Origin: Minutocellus sp. GHC0000111
Taxonomy: Eukaryota
NCBI GenBank assembly: GCA_977018835.1
Contig: OZ361257.1
Location: 2,108,001-2,172,000, forward strand
Reading direction: 5' to 3'
DNA length: 64,000 bases
Shown: positions 23,024-34,312 of the stretch, piece after piece
Position numbering within the stretch: the stretch's first letter is position 1
Layout: each line of letters starts with the position of its first letter
Made by a program: the position numbers and the translations under genes
Notes under the pieces: model-generated
What the model was told of the DNA's origin: nothing
Seen by the model: only the letters and a program-made list of their open reading frames with translations
Databases searched by the model: none

Positions 23024-24056
23024 ATGAGCTCTTCCGCCACCGTCGTTTCCTTCCCCGTTCCCTCCATCGCTGCTGGTCCGCAGTCTATTGTGTCGGCATG
23101 CGAAGATGTGGAGCTCTCCGGTGCTGGCGGAGCCGCCGGTTCCGAGCCGCGCTTTGTCGAGGTACGTTGCATGTGTCGCATCTTGGTAATAATTGGGACG
23201 ACTCTACGCGAGCGGGATGGAGGCGCCTCGCGGTGCGGATTGGATGTGTTCGTCGCATATGTCTGTATGCAAGCCGAATCTCCAGTCCAACTATATTGTG
23301 TCACCGCCATTCCTTTGTTCTTTTGGTCGTGTCTTGGTGGAGGACGGGTGCATCGGCGAGTTGCATGACCATGACCAAGGTGGAGGCATCTTCAGCGGCG
23401 CGCGCCAAATGCCTCATTTTTGTTTTGGTATGCCGAGATATCAAACTTCCCAACCTCACTAAAGAATAACCTTCTCATTTCTGTGACTATTTGGTCCCAA
23501 CCACAACTCCAACACAGCTCGCCGAGATGGCCGCCCTCTTCTACCTATCCGAGTACACCCACGCCCGCCATCTGTGGCGCCGTCACGAGACCGCCGCCAC
23601 CTCGGCCCCGGCCTCCGACAACCCCGAGCTTCGTCAGCTCCAGCTCCTTTGGACTGCCGCCCAGCCCATGGCCACCCAGGACCATGCCGCCGCCTACGCA
23701 GCCCTGGATTCCTGCATCGCCAGCACCATGCAGCCTCTGGCCACCTACGCCGGGGAGATCCGTACCAAGTACCGCAGCTCGGTCCTGACCAAGACCATTG
23801 GGGGTGGGTATGCCAAGATTTCCAAGGAGGCCTGCAGGACCATGCTGGGATACGCCGCCGAGCAGGAGGGTGAGATGATGTCGGCACTGGTTCAGGGTCG
23901 GGGTTGGACGGAGAGTGGAGAGTATCTGATCCCCTGCCAGGATGGGGAGGAGAAGGAGGATGACGTTGGAGACGTCGAAGATGATACCGCAGTCGGTGCA
24001 TCAAGGAGCTGGCCGATATGGTTGGCTTTATGGAGAAGTCCAAGCTGAACCTGTAG
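23024..24056 (+). CDS. CSN8: COP9 signalosome subunit 8-like (CSN8/PSMD8/eIF3K PCI family), 2 exons, apparent frameshift ~23995
   Basis: Exons 23024-23161 (..CEDVELSG..|gtacgt) and 23518-. ARHLWRR, IGGGYAKIS...MLG, GW. The family-typical tail IKELADMVGFMEKSKLNL* lies in a shifted frame. Confidence 0.7.
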
Positions 24057-24380
24057 ATATTGTGGAAAATGGCCGCGGCATGGGGGCTGCGGTCTTTTTG
24101 CTCTCTTGGGTGCATAGCATTTGATGACAAGTGCCTTATTGATTTGTTCTTCGTAGATATACAAATCGGTGCTGACTTCTTTACTCTCTGGCGCTAGCTA
24201 GAGTTTTAAAGCAGTGCCAAGTTACATTGGTAACTTTGGACCGTAGAAATGCACCTAAGACCTAAATCTGCAGTAGCATGCGAATATTAGATTTGTTCTG
24301 TTTATTTGGTCCGTCCTTAACAATACAACAATACGAAGAGCTATAATCTTTTGTGCAGGACGAGTGCCCAGAAAAAGCCA

Positions 24381-25223
24381 TCAATAGTCGTCATCATCGT
24401 CGTTATCGCCAATCTTCCTTGGTAAATCCGGAATTGGCATCAATGTGCTGTAGTATAATCTCACGGGTCCCTTCCCGTGGGGATGTCTGTAGATGGCTGC
24501 GATGCGAACAAATGCTGTTTCGCCAGGCGCAATATTGAATGTGCATTCGCCGAAGTCGTCTGCATGGCCGAGAAGCTTTGTGCCAATCAATCGATCGTGC
24601 TGATCCCGCACAAAGAGAATCTCGAGTGCCATGCCAGTTTTAGGGTCAATAAGCGGTGCGGTCGCCTTTGCCTCCACAACATGTGGAATGGGAGGTAGAT
24701 CAGCTGGAAGTTCGTCAGTTGTGGAACAATCACTTTCCTCGTCATCTTTATCTGCTGATCCTACTGTCAGTGCACGCTCCGTGGCACTTACAAGTTTATT
24801 CCATGCGTCCAAATCAAGGACAAGTCGTTTACGATCAAGGTAGCAATTGTGATTTGGTATCGAATCCGCGACGGCGCTGACGAATGTTTTCTTGCCGGTA
24901 CACGCACTACTTTCACCCTCACTTTCGCACAAAGCTGCCTTGCGGCTGTCTCGATTGTCTTCCTGACCACTGGCCAAGCTGCTGTACCCAAATATTGACA
25001 TTGATATACCAACGAGAGTCGCAGATGCGACAATTGAGGGCTTGCTGCGACAAGAGCACAATTCTTTTTGGATGCATGGAGGTGTAGCCTCTGTAAAAGA
25101 TCTTGTGGCGGGTGATCGAACGGGAGGGGCAACACTTATTGTGCCACCAAGTTGGCCGGCGTTGCCATGGCGTGCTACAATTCTGGAGGCGCCAAGGGTG
25201 CGTGGAATTGCTCGAAATGACAT
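24381..25223 (-). CDS. Hypothetical protein, predicted mitochondrial presequence + single TM segment
   Basis: R/S-rich, acid-free N-terminus MSFRAIPRTLGASRIVARH; hydrophobic IVASATLVGISMSIFGY; 'AALCE' motif; beta-rich C-terminal domain. Confidence 0.6.
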   Translation of the reverse strand: MSFRAIPRTLGASRIVARHGNAGQLGGTISVAPPVRSPATRSFTEATPPCIQKELCSCRSKPSIVASATLVGISMSIFGYSSLASGQEDNRDSRKAALCESEGESSACTGKKTFVSAVADSIPNHNCYLDRKRLVLDLDAWNKLVSATERALTVGSADKDDEESDCSTTDELPADLPPIPHVVEAKATAPLIDPKTGMALEILFVRDQHDRLIGTKLLGHADDFGECTFNIAPGETAFVRIAAIYRHPHGKGPVRLYYSTLMPIPDLPRKIGDNDDDDDY

Positions 25224-25599
25224 GTTAGGAGTAATAGTAGGATCCGAGGTTGTCCATCTTGCCTACACATGGTACGATGAGCCAGGCCACTTCTTGCGCT
25301 GATTCCCTCGTATCTTTCCAGTCTGTACATGTACGTACTTACGTAGGTACTTGTACAAAGTAGCGTACGAGGCCGAAAGGTTCGCAAGAGCAATGGTTCG
25401 CTCGTGTCACCAAAATAGGGCATGTCACGCACCACTCCGGAAAGAAAAAGAAGCCACGGAAATCTTCAACATCTCAAAGATTCTTTCGACCCCTGCTTGA
25501 CGCCGATTCGATTCTCATTTCACTCAACTCGATATCATTCCCCAATCGTTTATATAACTATCCCAACTCAACTCTCTCGGCCCTAATCGCTCTTCCACC

Positions 25600-26373
25600 A
25601 TGCGCACATCGCTGATCCTTCTCCTGTCACCGGCCGTCGTCGCCGGCGTTCCCTTCGACGCATCGGCCCACTTTCCGTACGGTCCATTCGGAACTCTCGA
25701 TAACGTCGAGCATCATTTCATCGACCCGGCCAAGGCCAAGGCTGCCAAGGATGTGAAAATGGCGAGCAACCACAAGGCTGATCATTCCTACGACAACCAT
25801 TTTGTTTCTCTCGGCAAGGCGAATAACAACAAGAAGGTGAAGATGGTTCGCAATAACAAAAAGATGGACGTCTCAGCGCCTGCTCCAGAAGAGGAGCACT
25901 ACCCGTATGAACCAATAGGAGCCAAACCCTACGAACACCACTGGGTCCAGCCCAAGACCAAGAAGGACGTCAAGATGGTCCGCAACAATGATGAGAAAGA
26001 CGCCGCTGCGTCAGAGGAGCACCACCCCTACGAGCCCATCGGCGCCAAGCCTTACGAACACCATTGGATCCAACCCAAGGCCAAAAAAGACGTCAGGATG
26101 GTCAGTACCAACAGCATCACCGACCTACCGAATCCCGACGACTTCCAGGAGGCCCAAGAGGCTGTCTTCGAGGCCGTGGAAAAGGCAGAGCGCGGTCTCT
26201 TTAGGTTCGCAAAACGCTGTGAGCAAGCCGCCGAGCATGCAATTGAGGACGAGGTCAACGTCATGTTTTGCAAGGACAAGAAAAAGACCACCGGCGCAAC
26301 GGCGACAACAAACACCAAAGCGGAAGGAGATCCCATGGCCGATCCAGATGCCATCTTTCATGCTTTGGAGTAG
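25600..26373 (+). CDS. Secreted His/Lys/Pro-rich repeat protein
   Basis: Signal peptide MRTSLILLLSPAVVAG; 41-aa repeat EEH(Y/H)PYEPIGAKPYEHHW(V/I)QPK(T/A)KKDV(K/R)MV plus degenerate copies. Confidence 0.75.
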   Translation: MRTSLILLLSPAVVAGVPFDASAHFPYGPFGTLDNVEHHFIDPAKAKAAKDVKMASNHKADHSYDNHFVSLGKANNNKKVKMVRNNKKMDVSAPAPEEEHYPYEPIGAKPYEHHWVQPKTKKDVKMVRNNDEKDAAASEEHHPYEPIGAKPYEHHWIQPKAKKDVRMVSTNSITDLPNPDDFQEAQEAVFEAVEKAERGLFRFAKRCEQAAEHAIEDEVNVMFCKDKKKTTGATATTNTKAEGDPMADPDAIFHALE

Positions 26374-26654
26374 ATGTATGATTAGGGATCAGACTGTCTG
26401 CTGACAACCCCGCGGGATCCAATTTAGAGAACCTTCCGCTCATCGCTTTCATATTTATTGCCTTGTTCTCGTTGATACTCCTGCACACTTCGCACCTATG
26501 TATATCTAGCGCTTACTCCCAGGCCACCTCATTGCTACGATTGTATGACACTATTGCACAAGAAAAAATGGACCGCAACAAGCTACCGCTAAGACTGTAT
26601 AACTAATTTCTACGATCGTAAGATCGTAGAAATATTCTCATAAATTGGATTTCA

Positions 26655-27596
26655 TCATGAATTCTTTTTCTTAAGCAAGTTTCGTGAGGAAAGAATTCGA
26701 CGGACAATAAGCGCAATGGGAGAAACGGCAGCTAAAACCCCTAGCGGCCATATCCAAGTGAATGTCTGCGCCACATATGACATTGTCATCATCATTTGTC
26801 TGTCTGTCATACCAGGATACTCCCTGTCCGTAGGACAAGCTGGTGGTCCCACCCCAAGAAACTCACACAGCGGCGCCCATCCCTGCGTGGGTCTGAATAC
26901 TAACAAGCGTTCCGACGGCACAGCCTCCATCACTGCTGCCTTGTGTCCCTCGTATGATGGCATCAATGCTGTCCCTGGAAACGAGAAGAGAGGATCTCTG
27001 GGATCGTTGGAATTGGAGTATTCGTGAACCATGCCGCTTATGTACGATAAGAACTCCCTCTGCAGGGTCATCATCTGCCCCATGGACCGCATAAAGCTGA
27101 AGGGACGCTGACTGAAGTGATGGATGTGATCCGGAACGAAGCTCGACCATGATTCCGCCCACCCCTCCGCTCCACGAGGGTGCTCCGTCAGAATGATTTT
27201 GACATCCGGAATTTCCACGGCCTCCTTCCAAAGTTTCCACCCCAGCTGATCAAATCCCTGCGCATCAAAGCCCAGCTGCTCCTGGTGACGGATAATGTCC
27301 TTGTTCGATACCAGACCGGCGTAATGCTCTTCAAATATTGGCGCCAGTTCGAACGTGCCGGGACCATGACAGGGGCTGTATCCCAGAGTTTTGAGTGCTA
27401 CCGCGAGAGAACCGGTGCCGCTACGGGGAAGTCCTGCAGCAAAGACCTTGAGCTGAGTCGGTTGTGGCGGAGGTGGAGGATCGGGAAAGAAGATATATCG
27501 AAACACCCCCAGGGCGACAGCCACGTGACCTCTCCCCTCGGTCTGCAATCTTACAAACTTGTCCGTGAGGCCCTCGTGGGCTTTGTTTTCCACCAT
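26655..27596 (-). CDS. Sulfotransferase-domain (Sulfotransfer_4-type P-loop) protein with C-terminal TM helix
   Basis: KVFAAGLPRSGTGSLAVALKTLGYSPCH, KIILT, W..S, VPSERLLVF...GWAPLCEFLG. Confidence 0.85.
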   Translation of the reverse strand: MVENKAHEGLTDKFVRLQTEGRGHVAVALGVFRYIFFPDPPPPPQPTQLKVFAAGLPRSGTGSLAVALKTLGYSPCHGPGTFELAPIFEEHYAGLVSNKDIIRHQEQLGFDAQGFDQLGWKLWKEAVEIPDVKIILTEHPRGAEGWAESWSSFVPDHIHHFSQRPFSFMRSMGQMMTLQREFLSYISGMVHEYSNSNDPRDPLFSFPGTALMPSYEGHKAAVMEAVPSERLLVFRPTQGWAPLCEFLGVGPPACPTDREYPGMTDRQMMMTMSYVAQTFTWIWPLGVLAAVSPIALIVRRILSSRNLLKKKNS

Positions 27597-27781
27597 TGTT
27601 GTCTGCAGATCTCCTGCTGTATCAATTATATGTCTTGTGTGTTCACATCATGAACAAAGCCAGGGAGGGGGGATACCGGACGGCGAACTGCATGTAATAA
27701 GCATCGGCATTGCTTTTCTCTCGATCGCCGGCATGCAGTTTGCGTCATTTTTGCCAATAACAACCACAAACGCCAACAACC

Positions 27782-30013
27782 ATGGCCTTCGTTGGTGGTA
27801 GTGGTGCTGTCCGTGCCATTGGAGCGCGCAGATTTCCGCCATCATCCACCGGCAAGATGATTCAGAGCATCACTACACGTAGTATTTCGCTACGTCGATT
27901 ACGATTTGTTGCAGCAGCACCCGCATGCGCACCCACGTACCGGTATGCTGCGCACCGATGCCTCTCCTCCCTCCACCACGGGGTGGGCACGCCGGGAGAT
28001 GCCATCCCCTCACAATTCAAGCCCCCGCCGGGACACGAGCGGGAGCAGCAGATCCGCATCGCCAAGACGCTGCTGTCGCACGTGTGGCGCAACCTCCCGC
28101 CGGACGCACCGGAAGAGGAGCGGGAGCATGCCGCCAAGATGAAGCGGCGGGTGCTGACCAGCCTGGGCCTCATGGTCGGGGGCAAAGTCGTGACCATCCA
28201 GGTGCCCTTTGTGTTCAAAACGTTGGTGGACTCACTGCCCCAGCAGCAGCAGCAAATAGCACCAGCAATGCAGTCATCTCCCCTCGATGCCAGCACTCTC
28301 GACACCCTGGCAACCATCCAGCCCGAGGCCGCCGCCACCCTTCCCCTCAGCCTCCTACTCGGATATGGCATCTCCCGCGCCACGGCCTCGGGGATGCAGG
28401 AGCTGCGCAACGCCACCTTTGCCCACGTGGCGCAGGATGCCATCCGTCGTGTCGGTCGGTCGGTCTTCAACCATGTGCACTCGCTGGACATGCAGTTCCA
28501 TTTGACAAGAAACACCGGCCAACTCAGCCGGGTTTTGGACAGAGGCAACCGATCCATCAGCTTCGTTCTCAATGCCATGGTGTTCAACATCGTACCGACG
28601 ACGTTGGAGGTGGGCGTCGTCACGGGGCTCATGGCGTACAATTTCGGCAGTGCTCATGCCTCGGTGGTCTTGGCCACCATTGGTGCCTACACGGCCGTCA
28701 CCGTCGGGATCACCCAGTGGCGGACGCAGTTCCGTCGCGACATGAATCGGTTGGAGAACGAAGCCTCCGGCCGCGTCGTGGACAGTCTGCTCAATTACGA
28801 GACCGTCAAGTACTTCAACAACGAAACGCACGAGGGGGTGCAGTACGAGAAGCGACTGACGGGCTACCAGCAGGCCGCCCTCAAGGCGCAGAGCTCGCTG
28901 TCGTTGCTCAACTTTGGTCAGAATGCCATCTTCTCGGCCGGTCTGACCGGCATCATGTACCTGACCTGCGGGGACATATTGGCGGGAACTGCCACCGTGG
29001 GAGATCTGGTCCTGGTCAATGGCCTATTATTTCAGTTGAGCATACCCCTCAATTTCATTGGGTCCGTCTACCGAGAAGTGCGACAAGCGCTGATTGATAT
29101 GGAGGCCATGTTCAGTCTACGCGATACCAAGCCTGCCATCACCGATCGGGAGACTGCCATGGAGTACAAACCTGAGGAGATGAAGGGAGGTACCGACATC
29201 ACCTTTCACGATGTGGAATTTGCATACCCTGTGCCTGAAGCGCAGGCCAATAAGCAGAATACTCGGCCAATTCTCCGCGGTATGACCTTTGACGTAAAGG
29301 AGGGCAAGACCGTGGCGTTTGTTGGTGCCAGTGGGTGCGGAAAGTCCACCATCTTACGACTATTGTACCGCTTTTATGAGCCAGATGCGGGTGGGGTGAG
29401 TTTGGGTGGCACAGACATTCAAGATCTAACGGCGGATTCAGTCCGCAAGTCCATCGCTGTGGTCCCTCAAGATACGCCACTCTTCAACGACACTATTGGA
29501 TACAATATTCATTATGGAGACTTGAACGCATCTTTTGACGAAGTCGTTGAAGCAGCGAAAAAAGCACATATTCACGATACCATCATGTCGTTTCCAGATG
29601 GATATGACACGGTGGTGGGCGAACGAGGCCTCAAGGTGTCGGGAGGTGAAAAGCAACGAGTGGCTTTAGCCCGTGCCATCTTGAAGAAGGCTCCGATAAT
29701 GCTCTGCGATGAGCCAACATCAAGCCTAGATTCGCACACCGAGGCCGACATCATGGCCAATTTGAAGGAAGTCGGTAGAGATACGACCACCATCATAATT
29801 GCACATCGCCTGTCGACCATACAGGATGCCGATGAAATTATCGTCCTTCACGAGGGAAAGGTTGTGGAAAGAGGCACGCACTGGGAGCTATTAGCTCGAG
29901 GTGGCCGGTACAATGATTTGCTCAAGATGCAACAGCAGCAGCATCTGGACGACGACGACGGAGATAACGGCGATGACAAGCACGTCGGAGAGTGTTCGGA
30001 TGAGAAGGAATGA
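27782..30013 (+). CDS. ATM1: Mitochondrial ABC half-transporter ATM1/ABCB7 (Fe-S export)
   Basis: Presequence; [51 protein letters not shown], Walker [42 protein letters not shown]. Confidence 0.95.
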   Translation: MAFVGGSGAVRAIGARRFPPSSTGKMIQSITTRSISLRRLRFVAAAPACAPTYRYAAHRCLSSLHHGVGTPGDAIPSQFKPPPGHEREQQIRIAKTLLSHVWRNLPPDAPEEEREHAAKMKRRVLTSLGLMVGGKVVTIQVPFVFKTLVDSLPQQQQQIAPAMQSSPLDASTLDTLATIQPEAAATLPLSLLLGYGISRATASGMQELRNATFAHVAQDAIRRVGRSVFNHVHSLDMQFHLTRNTGQLSRVLDRGNRSISFVLNAMVFNIVPTTLEVGVVTGLMAYNFGSAHASVVLATIGAYTAVTVGITQWRTQFRRDMNRLENEASGRVVDSLLNYETVKYFNNETHEGVQYEKRLTGYQQAALKAQSSLSLLNFGQNAIFSAGLTGIMYLTCGDILAGTATVGDLVLVNGLLFQLSIPLNFIGSVYREVRQALIDMEAMFSLRDTKPAITDRETAMEYKPEEMKGGTDITFHDVEFAYPVPEAQANKQNTRPILRGMTFDVKEGKTVAFVGASGCGKSTILRLLYRFYEPDAGGVSLGGTDIQDLTADSVRKSIAVVPQDTPLFNDTIGYNIHYGDLNASFDEVVEAAKKAHIHDTIMSFPDGYDTVVGERGLKVSGGEKQRVALARAILKKAPIMLCDEPTSSLDSHTEADIMANLKEVGRDTTTIIIAHRLSTIQDADEIIVLHEGKVVERGTHWELLARGGRYNDLLKMQQQQHLDDDDGDNGDDKHVGECSDEKE

Positions 30014-31179
30014 ATGATTATTTTCCAATCTAGAAACATTCTACACGCTACATGTAGCTACGTAGTATCAATTATCGGATTGGTGGTCTAAAACTGTTAC
30101 TAGCTGGTATGAATCTCTATGCGCCGCAGGCCACATTGACGAATCTGTCGGCAGCTTCTTCCATTACATTCCTCTTCCACATTTTGCGCGTATCTCGTAT
30201 CCTTGTCCCTTTCATGGAAAGTCTTGCCAGGAAATTTTTGTCTGCTTTGTTGCATACGCATGTACGTATCTAGAATTTGTGTCCATATATGCCACGCGCG
30301 ACGCGACGGTTTCGAAGTGCATACATTACATGTGCCATGTGTGCCATCATGTACTGCTGGCTGGTCGAATGCCTGTCGAACTCCCAAACGCCTGTGCACA
30401 TATTGAGTAATTTGGGCTGTGCCACAATGCATGCGCGTCGAATGGAAGATGCTGCCAGTAGAAGTTGCCACGTGTAGTGGTGGCGGTGAGTGCCGGTCGA
30501 TTCGCTCCGCTCGCTGAGCCAAGAGAGCAACTTGATTGATTACGGACGCACTTATTTATTTCATCCAATATGCTCGGTTATGGATAGGATTCCTATGAAA
30601 GGGAGAACCGTGTTTGCTGCTGCCCTCTCTTCCTTGCGCGCATATCGAAGAAATGGACACAAAAGTGTTACAAAAAGTGCCGAAGCGTAAGCACCAGCGC
30701 GTCATCAAAATGACTTCGAAAAAGCGGCACTTTGCAACAGTGAAAGAGTGGAAAACACCCGGATCCTTATCCAAGATCCGACTTTCGATTTGCGCGCCGG
30801 CCGAGCAATTCTGCGGCAACCTCGTTTTTTTCCTGTGACCGGTGATGGGCCTTGGTCCGTCGGACGTCATTGCCTCCGAGAGGCTGTTCCCGATTATTCC
30901 CCGAACTCTCCTAGTGGGACTGTACCCCGTCTTTCCGTCGCCTTGAGTCAATATTCATTTGGCATACATTTTCCTGCAGTGACCTGCATTGGCGGTGGGG
31001 CCGGCGCGCCGCCACGTCTTTTAACGTGCCTACCCATGACCCTCGAAGGAACACGCCGAGCGTCGTCGCCTTTCGTTCGGCGCGCGGCCCCTCGCAAAAA
31101 CGAGCACATAACGGAGAGAGGAGACGGGGCACCCAACCTCCCTCCGGAACCGGAACCTCGCACCAACGATTCCGCCACC

Positions 31180-33525
31180 ATGTCGGCCCCACTGCCCCCG
31201 TACTCGACGTTCCGGACCGACAACAAGGTAAGGCAACTGGCGGCGGGACCTGCCGGCGGCGGCGGGAGCGCAGGCGGCCGGAGAAAGTTCACGTTCCCCG
31301 ACCGGTCCGTCCGTCCGTTCTCCGGGGGTGCACGGAAGATACCTGGTCCGGAATGGGGGTCTTTCAGAGGCCATCCCGGGCCTTCTTGGGACCTCCGACC
31401 GGCGGAACGCGCGGTCATTAATGTGTGTTGAATTGTGATCCATTTTGTTCGGCCGCATCTAACTTTCAATTCCCTCCCTTTGCCTCCGTCATTCCTCATC
31501 GTTTTCCCTCCGTTTCCGTCCCCGGCCGGCCCTCCAAACTAAACAATCGCTGGTCCACCACGCTTATTGGACGGACTTCTGGCCTTTACCACTCGCCTCG
31601 GTTCGCTTCGGATATCCATCGATTGGTATTGCCCCGGTATCCGGAATTGTCGCCTCCATTCCTCACCGATACCGTCCAATAAACGAACGAACTTTCATCT
31701 TCCGCGATCCCATTTTTTCATTGTGACCGACTTGAACTCCACGCACAACTAACTGACTGCACCGTCGGTTCTGTCCCTTTTGCGTTCACTTCTCTCATCG
31801 ACATGTCCATGCTACATTGGTTCGGCAAAATGGATTGATTGTGATTCTCCGTCGCCTGCCATATGAATAATTTTCACGCCACTTCCTAACGCGCGCGCGC
31901 AGCAACTGCTGTACCCCCAAGCCACGTCCCATGGCAACATCCTGGCCTTCACCCCGCCGGGTTTCTCCCAGACCATCCAGGTCAAGTTCCCCGACAAGCG
32001 GCTGGCCGTCTGCGGCAAGTGCAAGAAGAACTACAAGACCCGCGAGGCCTGCCGGGAGCGGAACGGCCACACCGCCGAGCCATGGGCCGTCCACTACATA
32101 TGCGTGACCATCGACGAGTCCTGCCTCGACGAGGAGGGCAAGTACCTCGACAAGCCCTACACCGTCCGGATGGTCCAGTGGCAGCCCTTCCAGGTCAAGG
32201 ACCACTTCCTCAAGGAGCCCGACGGCAAGCAGGTCCCCGTCTGCGCCTCGTGCAAGAAGACCAACCGCACCCGCCAGTTCTGCCGGGAGAAGCACTGCCA
32301 CCGCCAGCTACCCTGGTGCACGGTCTACGTCATGATGTCCGCCCTTGACTCCACGGACCCCTCCACCATCGTCGCCGGACCCAGCGTCCCCGTCGGCCAG
32401 CCCCTCGAGGAGGTCCCCACCGGCGGCGGCAAGCGGGGGCAGGAGCGGGCCGCCAAGATCGCCAAGGCCGCCGCCGAGCAGCGGGCCGAGTCGGCCCGGA
32501 TCCGCGTCGCCAAGGACTGCGACGATATCAACGCCGTCCCGGAGAGCCGGACCTTCCTCGCCATGGTGTCCTGCCAGGAGATCTCCGTCAAGTGGGTCGA
32601 GCTGGCCGACTTCGACCCCCACGTCAATCCCGAGACCGGCGTCCACGCCTCCGTCCGTTCCCAGGAGGCCGGCGCCGCTCAAGCGCAGGCGCAGGCCGGT
32701 GCCTCCGCCGCTGCAGCCGGGCAGGCCGGGGCTCATCCCCAGGCTTCAGCGGGAGCAGCGTACCAGCAGGGCCAGCCCACCACCATGCAGGAGTACTTCG
32801 CCCAGCTCGCGGCCATGGGGTACAGCCCCCAGGAGCAGCAGCAGGCCTGGGCGGCGTACATGGGCATGGGCGCCCAGGCCGCCCACGCAGCTCACGCCCA
32901 GCACGCGCAGTACGCCCAGTACGCCGCCCAGCAGGCCTATGCCGCCCAGGCTCACGCCCACGCCCAGGCCAACGGGCAGCACCACGGCGGCCATCCGGCC
33001 TACGCGGCCCACTGGGGACACATGTCCCCCGGCGCCGCCGCGGCTGCCTACGGCCATCCCGGTGCGGCTCCTCACGGCGAGGAGGCGCAGGGCGAAGACG
33101 GCGATGCCAAGCCGTCCGCTGGAGAGGCCGCAGCGGCTGCCAACTCCGAGGAAACCAACGGTGGGGAAGCCAAGCAAGACGAGGCCAACCCGCCCGTTGG
33201 CCATTACCCCCACCCCCCCCCTCACCCTCACTATCAGCCGGACCAGGCCGCTATGGACCCGCACATGGCCCATCAGCAGTGGCTCCAGCACAATGCCTAC
33301 GTCTATCAGCAGCAGATGCACATGCAGCACGAGCATGATACTATGCACCATAACCCTCTGAGCGGCGCGCCGCACGAGGCTTCTGCGGAAGACTTCGACG
33401 GTCTTGGCCACAACCTCAACGGCGGCGAAGGCGGGGCCGGAGGAGACGACGACGATCTCCACCAGCACCAGTCCAAGCGCCAACGAACCGATGATGGCGA
33501 AGACAACAGCGGCGAGGCGGTATGA
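31180..33525 (+). CDS. Protein with two tandem CxxC-x10-C-x5-H putative zinc fingers and a Q/A/H-rich tail (candidate transcription regulator), 2 exons
   Basis: Exons 31180-31227 (AAG|gtaagg) and 31903-33525 (cctaac..gcag|). CGKCKKNYKTREACRERNGHTAEPW and CASCKKTNRTRQFCREKHCHRQLPW; NLS-like SKRQRT. Confidence 0.75.
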
Positions 33526-34312
33526 AGAAACCATCATGCACGCACGCACGTCGCACAAATGTATCATTAATTTCTTATTAGCGCTCTCTCTCGAAATGAA
33601 AAAAAGGAGAGAACGGGGGACCCCTTCAGTAGAAGGAAAACAAAACAAATTTATTTTTTTGACCCGCCTGCCTTAAAACTTTCCGCTTCCAATGTTTGAG
33701 CATGAGAGGATTTTCGCGGCGGCTTGGTCAAGAAACGGAGACTACTATACTTCTTGCTTACGCATTTCATGTTCATGTCAATTACCATTGTGCCATCTTT
33801 CAGCAAAGATGTCCGCCTCATTCGTTGTACATTGCCAATTTCCAAGTTTCGGGCTGACAGCCCCTTTTGGAATTCGGCTCAGAATCACTGCGAGGGGCTT
33901 TGCTTATATATACAAGTACTACCAATCTCATCGTTTTTCCAATAAGCAGTAGTATAGTAGTATTTATGGTTGTTATACATCGATGCTTTTTACATTTTCG
34001 TACAGTCCGGACTGTCGCTATTATCTATTTTTAGCGGTATTTCTGGGAACTCATGTGTCTTTACAAGCTGCGGAGGTGCAGTAAATGGAATCTTTGCACC
34101 TCAGCTTTGCATCATGTTTACTTTCAGCACCTCCACGCTAAGTCATAATAGAGTACTACGGGCCCGTAGAAGGCGAGCGAAGACATTCTATTTATTTCTA
34201 TTATTCTCTAATTCCTTCAAGTCGTAACAGTAGCCACGGTGACCAGCGAGGCATATATACATACATGTGTTCCTGCAACTGCGTACGTAGTAGATGCAAG
34301 CACTTTGTTGTT

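Noticed and set aside
30100..30560. CA/TG-rich intergenic stretch, possible decayed element
   Set aside because: No recognisable ORF, termini or repeats.
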